The notes beneath the pieces were generated by a model. It had not been told where the DNA came from and searched no databases. It saw only the letters and a list, made by a program, of their open reading frames with translations. Made by a program: the position numbers and the translations under genes. A stretch of 44,570 nucleotides of DNA from Candidatus Micrarchaeota archaeon (lineage in GTDB: Archaea > Micrarchaeota > Micrarchaeia > CABMEP01): assembly GCA_026413625.1 (NCBI GenBank), contig JAOAKO010000005.1, forward strand, positions 1 through 44,570, written 5' to 3'. This document shows, in pieces, positions 36,554 through 44,570 of this stretch; the stretch's first letter is position 1, and every line of letters begins with the position of its first letter.

Positions 36554-37483
36554 ATGAAAAGCGTTAATGTCATTGTTTTGGGAGACAACGAATTTGCAAA
36601 AGAACTTGGAAAAAAGGGGACGGTAACTGATTTCACGATTTACAACTACAAGGGGAGCGACATGCAGGGGGGAGAGCTTACTGCAACGTTCCTAGTCCCG
36701 ACCTCCTACCCGGACAAACTGCAGTCGCTTACCCACTGTTTGGCAATGGCTGATGCGGCAATTCTTGTTGTCAAAAAGCTGGATAGAGAATTGGGGGAGT
36801 TTATAATCGCTCTTGATTTGCTAGGAATAAATAAGGGACTGATTATATTTGACGAATATGTTGAAAAGGACAAATTCGTTAATATGGTAAGAGGAACTGT
36901 TCTTGAATCATTCATAATAGTAGATAAGTCGCCTGCCGAGGTATATCCAAGACTTGCAAAGATGGAAATTAAAAAACCGGAAATAGAGCATGTCGTAATA
37001 GATGCTGCTTTTGATGTAAAAAGCGTTGGAACTGTTGTGCTTGGAGTGGCAAGGGGAAGCGTGAACGTCCATGATGAATTTGGAATCTACCCGGGGGGCA
37101 AAAAAGTAACGGTCAGATCGATACAGGTGCACGACAAAGACGTAAAATCTGCAGAGACTGGAGAGAGAGTAGGCCTTGCTTTGAAGGGAGTAAGCGTGGA
37201 GGAAGTGGAAAGAGGCCATTTGTTTTCTAAGCAGGAAATAAAATCAGCAAAAGAAATAGAGGGAAGTTTCACTAAAAACAAATATTACACAGAAGAAATA
37301 AAGGAAAACAGCAAGGTATTCCTTGCTGCCCATTTGCAGTATAGACAAGTAGATGTCGTCTCTAATTCAGAAGGAAAAATAAGATTGAAATCTGAAAAAG
37401 AAATCGCATTGATTCCTGGGAATGAATATCTTATTCTCAAGCCTGAGGCAAAGGTGAGAATAGTAGGAAAAATTAAAATTTAA
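36554..37483 (+). CDS. Archaeal SelB-like/EF-Tu-like protein with degenerate G domain
   Basis: LGKKGTVTD, YPDKLQSL, domain II motifs IDAAFDVKSVGTVVLG, VRSIQVHD, RVGLALKG, ERG. No GxxxxGK[ST] P-loop. Confidence 0.85.
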   Translation: MKSVNVIVLGDNEFAKELGKKGTVTDFTIYNYKGSDMQGGELTATFLVPTSYPDKLQSLTHCLAMADAAILVVKKLDRELGEFIIALDLLGINKGLIIFDEYVEKDKFVNMVRGTVLESFIIVDKSPAEVYPRLAKMEIKKPEIEHVVIDAAFDVKSVGTVVLGVARGSVNVHDEFGIYPGGKKVTVRSIQVHDKDVKSAETGERVGLALKGVSVEEVERGHLFSKQEIKSAKEIEGSFTKNKYYTEEIKENSKVFLAAHLQYRQVDVVSNSEGKIRLKSEKEIALIPGNEYLILKPEAKVRIVGKIKI

Positions 37484-37549
37484 TTTCTGATTTTAGCCAC
37501 CTCCTTGACTTAAACGATAGATATAAATATCAAAATATCGTATAGTTTA

Positions 37550-38710
37550 ATGTCTTTGGTGGATTCAATGGCGGTTTATCGTAGGAAAAAAAGAAAAGTA
37601 AAAGCCTCGAAGCAAGAAACAAATCCTAAATTCAAAGAAATGATAAAAGTCGAAACTAAGATAATAGATCCGCGAAAGCTCCGTTCTCATGAATACAGGC
37701 AATTCATATCTGAAGTAGGGGACATGATCAACAAGGGAGAAGTCATTGTTTTTCCAACGGAAACGGTTTATGGATTGGGCGCGAATGCGTTTGATTCTAG
37801 AGCTGTTTCAAAAATATTTGAGATCAAAAACAGGCCCAAAGACAACCCTTTGATTGTTCACATTTCTTCCAAAGACATGCTTAGCTACCTGGCAAGAGAA
37901 ATAAATAGCGATGCTGAAAAACTCGCAGAAAAATTCTGGCCCGGACCGTTAACTTTAATATTAAAGAAAAATCCGATAATGCCGGACGTCACCACTGCCG
38001 GATTGGACACTGTTGCAATAAGAATGCCAAACAATTCGATTGCGCTAGACATAATAAAGGTAAGCAGTGTTCCAATTGCGGCCCCCTCCGCGAACATATC
38101 TGGCAGACCAAGCTCTACTACTGCGATGGACGCTTTCTCAGACTTAAACGGGAAAGTACCTCTTATAATAGATGGCGGACAATGCAAAATAGGAATAGAA
38201 TCGACTGTTATCAACATGACAACCGAACCGTATACAATAGTAAGGGAAGGATATATAACAAAAGAAGAAATAGAAGAAACCTTAGAAAAGAAGATAAACG
38301 AATGCAAAGAAAAAAGTTGCGAAAAACCGATATCGCCAGGTATGAAATATAAGCATTATTCCCCGAATGCGGAGGTACTTTTGGCTAGGCGAAAGGACGG
38401 CAGGATGAAAACAATAATAAACATTGTATTTGAGGCGGAGAAAATCGCAAGCCAAGGAAAAAAAATAGAGCTAGTTTTTTCGGAACAGATACCTGAAAAA
38501 ATGAAAAAAGAGTTTGAAAAATTAGGTACGATTGTCGAATTTAAGAACAACATTGAAATGGCGCATTCATTTTTCAAAGTTCTTAGGAATGCAGATAAAA
38601 AAGGAATTGACGTAATAATAATCGAGGGAGTTTATGAGATTGGAATAGGTAGGGCGATAATGGAAAGAATAGAAAAGGCTGCCGATGGAGAGATAAACGG
38701 AATTTTTTAA
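37550..38710 (+). CDS. sua5: Threonylcarbamoyl-AMP synthase Sua5 (YrdC + SUA5 domain)
   Basis: FPTETVYGLGA, KNRPKDNPLIVH, WPGPLT, APSANISG, PGMKYKHYSP. Start uncertain. Confidence 0.95.
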   Translation: MSLVDSMAVYRRKKRKVKASKQETNPKFKEMIKVETKIIDPRKLRSHEYRQFISEVGDMINKGEVIVFPTETVYGLGANAFDSRAVSKIFEIKNRPKDNPLIVHISSKDMLSYLAREINSDAEKLAEKFWPGPLTLILKKNPIMPDVTTAGLDTVAIRMPNNSIALDIIKVSSVPIAAPSANISGRPSSTTAMDAFSDLNGKVPLIIDGGQCKIGIESTVINMTTEPYTIVREGYITKEEIEETLEKKINECKEKSCEKPISPGMKYKHYSPNAEVLLARRKDGRMKTIINIVFEAEKIASQGKKIELVFSEQIPEKMKKEFEKLGTIVEFKNNIEMAHSFFKVLRNADKKGIDVIIIEGVYEIGIGRAIMERIEKAADGEINGIF

Positions 38711-38740
38711 TCGACCTTTTACTTTCTGTTCCAATTAAAC

Positions 38741-39028
38741 TCAATGCAATTTATTTGATTCAATCCTAATTTGTTTTCCAGTTGTTATTGCAAGAGCGAT
38801 CTTTTTCCTTGCAGAAGAAAGCAAGCGATTGAAAGTAGGCTGTGAAATCCACATTCTATTTGCTGCCTGCTTTTGAGTGAGGCCGTTCAATTCTCCAAGG
38901 CGTAAAGCCTCAAACTCATCGAGAGTCAAAACCACTTCGTCTAAATGCGTAATTTTGCTTCCAAACGGCTTGAAAATTCTTGCTTTAGGAATGGAACCGA
39001 TTTTTCTATATTTTATTTTTTTCGGCAT
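38741..39028 (-). CDS. DUF134 (UPF0251) predicted DNA-binding protein
   Basis: FKPFG, LTLDEFEALRL, QAANRMWISQPTFNRLLSSARKKIA. Confidence 0.9.
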   Translation of the reverse strand: MPKKIKYRKIGSIPKARIFKPFGSKITHLDEVVLTLDEFEALRLGELNGLTQKQAANRMWISQPTFNRLLSSARKKIALAITTGKQIRIESNKLH

Positions 39029-39086
39029 AATCCTCACAGAGTATATATTTTAGCATTTTAATGACGGGCACAATATTTGAGTTTTA

Positions 39087-39145
39087 ATGAATTATAATTC
39101 ATAATTTTTTTCAAATATATCGATATAATTTGAATTATAATTCAA
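39087..39145. promoter_or_regulatory. Two perfect 16-bp palindromes sharing the core TGAATTATAATTCA
   Basis: ATGAATTATAATTCAT at 39087-39102 and TTGAATTATAATTCAA at 39130-39145, 43 bp apart. Confidence 0.75.
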
Positions 39146-39330
39146 TATTTTTAAAACTTTCACTTTTACTTTTGAGCCGGCAAAAAAACAAAAATTTTCC
39201 AAATCCACAAAAATGTGTCATTTTCTCTGTGTAAAATCGAAAAATTTCTAGAAAATTCACGTCGGAGGAAAAAGAAAAAAAGAAACCTATTTAAATATTA
39301 TATATTAATAGCAATATTGAGGCGATTGTA

Positions 39331-40392
39331 ATGGAAAGCTTAATCAAATCTGTTACAGGACACACTGAGGCTGAGTCAAATCTTGGTCCAGTCGAAAGAA
39401 TTAAGATCGCAGTCGTGGGCTGCGGTGGTGGAGGAAACAATACCCTTCAGAGACTTCTCAAATACGGTGTCAAGGGTGCAGACTTGATTGCAGTAAACAC
39501 TGACAATCAGCACTTGCTGACATTGGACGAGAGAATTCAGAAGATTCTTGTTGGTAAATCAATAACAAGAGGTCTGGGTGCTGGAGGATATGTTGACGTA
39601 GGAAGAAAGGCTGCAGAAATAGACAAGCCTTTAATAGAGAGAGCACTTAAGGATGCACAACTCGTATTCATATGTGCAGGTATGGGAGGAGGTACAGGTA
39701 CCGGAACTGCTCCTGTCGTTGCAGAGATTGCAAAGGAACAGGGCGCAATAGTGGTAGCAATGGTTACCTACCCATTCGCACTTGAAAAGGCAAGAAGATC
39801 AAAGGCAGACGAAGGTATCCAGGCGCTAAGGAAACACGCAGACAGTGTCATTATAATTGACAACAACAGACTGGTTCAGCTCGTGCCAAACCTTCCAATG
39901 AACGAGGCGTTCGGTGTCGCAGATGAGATTCTCGCAAGAGCAATCGGTGGTCTTGTCTGGACAATCACACAACCTTCATTAATCAACATCGACTTTGCAG
40001 ATGTAAGAGCAATCATGTCTGCAGGAGACGTTGGTTTCATTGCAGTAGGCGAAGGAAGAGGAACAAACAAGGTTCAGGCTGCAGCTGAAGGAGTTCTTAA
40101 GAACAGACTGCTTGATGTTGACTTTGAAGGCGCAAAGGGCGCTTTGATCCACATCTCTGGTGGAAACGACCTAACACTCGGAGACGCGATCAAGGCAGGA
40201 GAAATCATAACTGAAAGAATGGATTCAACAGCAAGCGTCAAGTGGGGCGCAAGACTCATACCGGGATATGACGGCAAGATAGAAATCGTTGCAATCGTAA
40301 CCGGAGTCAAGGGAGCAAGCGTAGTTGGAGTCCCGCTTGAGGAACAAAAGGCTGAATCACCAGTATACGGTGACATTGAGATAATTGGTTAA
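39331..40392 (+). CDS. ftsZ: Cell division protein FtsZ (paralog A)
   Basis: [26 protein letters not shown] (T7 loop). Confidence 0.97.
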   Translation: MESLIKSVTGHTEAESNLGPVERIKIAVVGCGGGGNNTLQRLLKYGVKGADLIAVNTDNQHLLTLDERIQKILVGKSITRGLGAGGYVDVGRKAAEIDKPLIERALKDAQLVFICAGMGGGTGTGTAPVVAEIAKEQGAIVVAMVTYPFALEKARRSKADEGIQALRKHADSVIIIDNNRLVQLVPNLPMNEAFGVADEILARAIGGLVWTITQPSLINIDFADVRAIMSAGDVGFIAVGEGRGTNKVQAAAEGVLKNRLLDVDFEGAKGALIHISGGNDLTLGDAIKAGEIITERMDSTASVKWGARLIPGYDGKIEIVAIVTGVKGASVVGVPLEEQKAESPVYGDIEIIG

Positions 40393-40401
40393 TTTGATTA
40401 G

Positions 40402-40442
40402 CTGGCTGCTTTGCAGCCAGTCCAGTTTAATTATTAGCTGGA
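40402..40442 (+). other. Two adjacent stem-loops between the ftsZ paralogs
   Basis: CTGGCTGC-TTT-GCAGCCAG (40402-40420) and TCCAGTT...AGCTGGA (40421-40442). Confidence 0.55.
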
Positions 40443-40469
40443 AAATTATATTTGAGGCAGGGTGTTAAA

Positions 40470-41546
40470 ATGGAAAGTTTCCTGAGTTCGTTTACATCTG
40501 GAACCACAGTTAAGGCGGCCAAGGCACCGGAGAAGGATTACCTTGGATCTGACAAGATCAGAATCTCTGTAGTAGGAGTTGGTGGAGGAGGATGCAACAG
40601 CATCACAAGAATAATGAGATCTGGAATAAAGACAGCAGACACAATAGCGATTAACACCGATGTAAACCACCTAAAGATAACAGAGGCCCACAAGAGATTG
40701 TTAATCGGTCAGTCGATAACGAGAGGTCTTGGTGCCGGAGGATATCCAGAGGTTGCAAGAAAGGCTGCCGAGGCATCAAAGGACAAATTAGCAGAGGCAT
40801 TAAGCGGAGCAGATTTAGTATTTCTTACAGCAGGTATGGGAGGGGGTACAGGTACAGGTGCTGCACCAGTGGTTGCAGAAGTTGCTAAGAGAGAGGGCGC
40901 GATAGTAGTCGGTATGGTCACATACCCGTTCTCTCTTGAGAGAGCAAGAACAGAAAAGGCAAGATGGGGATTGGAAGAATTAAGAAAGGCATGCGACACT
41001 GTGGTTGTAATAGACAACAACAGATTGGTCCAATACGTGCCAAACCTTCCAATGAACGAGGCGTTCAACGTAGCAGATGAGATTCTTGCAAGAGCAATAA
41101 AGGGAATCTCTGACACAATTATGACCCCATCATTAATTAACATCGACTTTGCGGACATAAGAGCAATCATGGGCAACGGTGGAGTTGCAATGCTCTCCGT
41201 TGGAGAAGGAAAGGGAACGAACAAGGTTGAAGACGCAATAAAGAGCACGCTCGAACACCCGTTGCTTGATGTCAGCTACGAAGGTGCAAAGGGAGCTCTC
41301 ATTCACATTGCAGGTGGAGCGAACCTTACGCTTGGTGAGGCAACCAAGATCGGTGAGGGAATAACTGCAGCGTTTGACAACAATGCAAACGTCATCTGGG
41401 GAGCAAGACTCATGCCAGAGCTTGGCGACAAGGTTGTTGTAACTGCAATCATGACTGGAGTTACATCCACATCATTGCTTGGCAACCTTGAGCCACAGAA
41501 ACAGGAACACAAGGCATATGAAATGATAGAAGAAGTGGTTTGGTAA
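40470..41546 (+). CDS. ftsZ: Cell division protein FtsZ (paralog B)
   Basis: [26 protein letters not shown]. Start placed after GGTG. Confidence 0.97.
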   Translation: MESFLSSFTSGTTVKAAKAPEKDYLGSDKIRISVVGVGGGGCNSITRIMRSGIKTADTIAINTDVNHLKITEAHKRLLIGQSITRGLGAGGYPEVARKAAEASKDKLAEALSGADLVFLTAGMGGGTGTGAAPVVAEVAKREGAIVVGMVTYPFSLERARTEKARWGLEELRKACDTVVVIDNNRLVQYVPNLPMNEAFNVADEILARAIKGISDTIMTPSLINIDFADIRAIMGNGGVAMLSVGEGKGTNKVEDAIKSTLEHPLLDVSYEGAKGALIHIAGGANLTLGEATKIGEGITAAFDNNANVIWGARLMPELGDKVVVTAIMTGVTSTSLLGNLEPQKQEHKAYEMIEEVVW

Positions 41547-41574
41547 CCGCTTATCTGTCATTACAATCGCCTTA

Positions 41575-41622
41575 ATTTTTTCTTTTTATTTTCTTTTGTT
41601 TTCCGCTCTTTTTATTTTATTT
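41575..41622 (+). terminator. T-rich archaeal-type terminator after the ftsZ pair
   Basis: Multiple oligo-T tracts just downstream of the stop codon. Confidence 0.55.
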
Positions 41623-41668
41623 GCTGAAATATAGATATATTTTAATTCTTTTAGAGCCAAAATAGCAT

Positions 41669-42550
41669 ATGACAGAACCAAAAGAATCGAAAGTTGAAAA
41701 GAGAAAAGAGCAGCTGATTAAGCTGCACAAAAGCAATATATTACTCATACTTTTCGCTGTTTTCTTTGTCCTATATTTATTGACGAAATCGGTTTTAATG
41801 GCGTTCTTATCTGGACTGACGTTAATTTCTTTATTTATTCTCGACATATATGTAAGTGCTGCGCAGACAAGCTGGAAACAGGAATTGATTGAGGTAGGAA
41901 AGGCTGCGCTGGTTGCGATAATAGTGTGGTACTTGGTTTCATTCCTTCTTGGAACTTCCGTCCCAATCAGCGGAGTTGTTTCCTGTTCTCTGCTTCCTTC
42001 ATATGAAAGGGGGGATTTCGTCATTGTTCAAGGGATAAAGCCGCAGGATATAAACGCTCCGACAATTGAAATCACTCGGAGCGAACTGGACGAAGTCATG
42101 AAATCAAAGGTTCTCTGCGGCCCAACTCAAAATGGAACAGTAAACTATTCATGTCAATCGATGTGCCCAAGGATCTCTTCTAAGACAAAAGAACTGATCG
42201 GTTACTCGCCAGAATGCGTCAGAAAAATAATTGTAAAGGGACAGGAAATTAAAGAGAACCTCGGGAACGACGTTGTTGTTTATGCTGCACATATAAATGG
42301 AACTTACATAAATATGGATATCGTGCATAGGGTATTTGCAAAACTGAAGGTTGATGGCAAATACTATCTTCTCATGAAAGGAGACAATAATAACTACATG
42401 GACATTTCGTATTTTGATATTGTAAGTGAGCAGGACATCAAAGGAAAAGTGATATTTAGAATTCCAATATTAGGATATATAAAGCTCGTAATAAGCGGAC
42501 CTGCATATTACGGGGAACCGGAAGGATGCGACACTATTTTGCTTCATTGA
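41669..42550 (+). CDS. Signal peptidase I-like protein (S26, archaeal/Sec11 type) with Cys-rich insert
   Basis: TM helices, VVSCSLLP...GD, IVHR, KGDNN, GKVIFRIPILGY. Confidence 0.85.
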   Translation: MTEPKESKVEKRKEQLIKLHKSNILLILFAVFFVLYLLTKSVLMAFLSGLTLISLFILDIYVSAAQTSWKQELIEVGKAALVAIIVWYLVSFLLGTSVPISGVVSCSLLPSYERGDFVIVQGIKPQDINAPTIEITRSELDEVMKSKVLCGPTQNGTVNYSCQSMCPRISSKTKELIGYSPECVRKIIVKGQEIKENLGNDVVVYAAHINGTYINMDIVHRVFAKLKVDGKYYLLMKGDNNNYMDISYFDIVSEQDIKGKVIFRIPILGYIKLVISGPAYYGEPEGCDTILLH

Positions 42551-43782
42551 TTAACTTCTGCTTTTAGAAGAATAAAAGAAATCAGAGCGGCAAATCCTGA
42601 AATAAAGAACGACAGCAAGGGCGATATGTCCCATAAGAAACCGAAAACAAGGCCTGAAGCGATTATCATGACACCTGTAACGGTCTGATATGCCCCAAAC
42701 GCACCGCCCATTTCCTTCTTTTTAACAAGGAAAGAAATATATGATTTAGACTCCACCTCAAACATTCCCATTCCTATGCTATATAATATCAGCGCAAATC
42801 CGAAAATCATAAATGATAGCATATTATCTGACTTTTGGAATTCGAAAAGCTGGACGAAAAATACTAGCAAGAAGGAAATCGCTACAAGAAGCAGAGAGAA
42901 CCTTATTCCCTGCTCCTTAGTAATCTTCAAATTGAATTTTTGTGAAATAAAATTCAATATCGAAGTGCCTATTAAGTAAAAGATTGAGTAGATCAGACTG
43001 AGGGTGATTACACCTGAAAGAACTAAACCCACTTTACTTGCTTGCAAGTAAATAAATGCTATGGGAGGTGCGAATAGAAAGAACGGAGCAAGTGAAAATA
43101 ATAACCTCTTAAATCTGTCCCCGTATTCTAAAGAAAAAGATTGGCCTATCGACTTATGATTTCGCTCTGGTTTTCTAAGTTCAACATCTTTAACAAAGAT
43201 TAATATTACGATTACACCAAGCAAACCCGGAATAAGGGATATGATAAAAAGATTCCTTACTGTGTTTTCAAAATCAACAGTTAATGCTGCAACAAATAAA
43301 AGTGCGATTAATGGACCGAGTATCGCCCCTAGCGTGTCAAGCATTCTGTGGAGGGCAAAACCGGCTCTTCTTTCTTCTATTGTTTTTCCTACGGAAGAAG
43401 CAAGAAGCGCATCTCTCGGCGCGTCCCGTATTGCCTTGCCTGTCCTTTCAATTGTTCTCGCGGCAAGAAATTCTGGCCATGTTGCAGTAAATGCAAATGC
43501 GCCTTTCATTAGAGAAGAAAGCAAATAACCCACAGCAATTACAGGCTTTCTCTTTCCTATTTTATCTGAATACCATCCAAATAAAAATGACAGAAGGCGC
43601 TCTGCAGCCTTTGCTATTCCTTCTATCAATCCTATTATGAAACCGCTTGCGCCAAGAACGTTTGCCAAAAACAAAGGCATAACTGCTGCGATCATCTCAG
43701 AAGAAGCATCTGTAAGCATGCTTACGATGCCTAGCCAAAGCACGTTACTTTTTTTATCTTTTCCATTTTTTGCTTGCTTCAT
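42544..43782 (-). CDS. MFS transporter
   Basis: About 12 TM helices, GWYSDKIGKRK (motif A), ERTGKAIRDAPRDA. Confidence 0.93.
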   Translation of the reverse strand: MKQAKNGKDKKSNVLWLGIVSMLTDASSEMIAAVMPLFLANVLGASGFIIGLIEGIAKAAERLLSFLFGWYSDKIGKRKPVIAVGYLLSSLMKGAFAFTATWPEFLAARTIERTGKAIRDAPRDALLASSVGKTIEERRAGFALHRMLDTLGAILGPLIALLFVAALTVDFENTVRNLFIISLIPGLLGVIVILIFVKDVELRKPERNHKSIGQSFSLEYGDRFKRLLFSLAPFFLFAPPIAFIYLQASKVGLVLSGVITLSLIYSIFYLIGTSILNFISQKFNLKITKEQGIRFSLLLVAISFLLVFFVQLFEFQKSDNMLSFMIFGFALILYSIGMGMFEVESKSYISFLVKKKEMGGAFGAYQTVTGVMIIASGLVFGFLWDISPLLSFFISGFAALISFILLKAEVNQ

Positions 43783-43879
43783 ATTTTATCTTCTCAGCCA
43801 AGTAAGAATAAAATGCAAGTAAGAAAGCTAATTCGATAAATTATTTCTTAATTATGAAAAAATGAAAAAAAGAAAAAAA

Positions 43880-44242
43880 TTACGCCTCTTTTGCCACTTC
43901 AAAGATTTCCCTTAAGCAGACTACTGCAAGGCCCGGAGCGACAAAGAAGACCATATTCTGAGTTATTGATATGAGCGCAACGCTGACGTCTCCAAGCTGC
44001 AATGCCCTCATCAGGGATTCGAACATTCCTGCCGCAATCAGGAATCCTATGTTTGCCAATACATATCTGTCAAGCTCTTTGTCAGTCACATTTGCCAGCC
44101 CTACAATTATACCTAGCATTCCTAAGACTGCAAGATTTACATTTAATCCCCCTAAACCCTTAGGGAATAATCCAAGTAAAACAGCTGCAATTATGCCAAG
44201 GACAAAGGCCCATGGTCCTATTCCCTGCAATGTTTCTCTCAT
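43880..44242 (-). CDS. Small four-TM membrane protein
   Basis: Hydrophobic helices, GIIVGLANVT, FVAPG; GGTGA RBS. Confidence 0.8.
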   Translation of the reverse strand: MRETLQGIGPWAFVLGIIAAVLLGLFPKGLGGLNVNLAVLGMLGIIVGLANVTDKELDRYVLANIGFLIAAGMFESLMRALQLGDVSVALISITQNMVFFVAPGLAVVCLREIFEVAKEA

Positions 44243-44255
44243 TTAATTCACCCCA

Positions 44256-44570
44256 TTAATATTTTTTGAATAAGCTGTATTGCTTGAGTTCTGATCTCTT
44301 TGTAAGATAGAACTCGGCAAGTATGAATATTGTTATCAGGATTGCTGCAATTACTCTTATATTGTGTGTTGATTCTGAGAAAACTATCTCTTCAGGAGTC
44401 GGAAGGTATGGAATTCCTGTATGCATCAGTCCAATTGCATATGACTGTGAGCTGTAGGAATATAGTTTCTTGCTTACTGTGTAGGTCACTGTCTTTGTCT
44501 CTCCAATAGCGGCCGATCCCAAGTTGAATTGAATAACCGGATCCTCATTCAGGATTGTGAAGTTGGAGGT
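44256..44570 (-). CDS. C-terminal part of a membrane-anchored surface protein; starts beyond the right edge
   Basis: Frame open from 44570: TSNFTILNEDPVIQFNLGSAAIGETKTVTYTV..., then a C-terminal TM helix and basic tail. Confidence 0.7.
   Translation of the reverse strand, partial: TSNFTILNEDPVIQFNLGSAAIGETKTVTYTVSKKLYSYSSQSYAIGLMHTGIPYLPTPEEIVFSESTHNIRVIAAILITIFILAEFYLTKRSELKQYSLFKKY

Noticed and set aside
36554-37483. True SelB implying selenocysteine usage
   Set aside because: No P-loop or C-terminal extension, and no tRNA-Sec, selD or in-frame TGA gene seen in the window.
681-44246. Numerous short antisense or nested ORFs in the track (e.g. 1050-1664, 1966-2565, 40709-41248)
   Set aside because: They overlap well-supported genes, mostly on the opposite strand, and show no recognisable motifs.
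1-44570. Window ends joining into one circular surface-protein gene
   Set aside because: No terminal overlap, a direct join would be out of frame, and the content is chromosomal housekeeping.

Overview
This is a gene-dense archaeal chromosomal segment. GGTGA-type ribosome-binding sites, archaeal MAT, FEN1, fibrillarin, TyrRS and eL41, intron-containing tRNAs, tandem ftsZ and a bacterial-type ThrRS point by inference to a DPANN archaeon, most plausibly Micrarchaeota-like. Most of the window is housekeeping: DNA repair, translation, t6A genes (kae1, bud32, sua5), ISC Fe-S genes, class II RNR with cobO, and cell division. Features read directly from the sequence and absent from the ORF track: a partial beta-helix surface-protein gene with near-identical 66-bp repeats (1-535), four tRNAs (two with introns), a box C/D guide RNA whose D guide fits 16S rRNA C1402, ribosomal protein eL41 followed by a 55-aa basic ORF, and several operator-like palindromes. 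The most unusual candidates are an mTERF-like repeat protein behind a tRNA pair, an IscS paralog lacking the PLP lysine upstream of nrdJ, a diadenylate cyclase between kae1 and bud32, a TPR-AAA-membrane-anchor ATPase, and a kinase-like plus HEAT-repeat gene pair. I saw no CRISPR array, rRNA, transposase or integrase. All family calls come from motif recognition; no database search was run.
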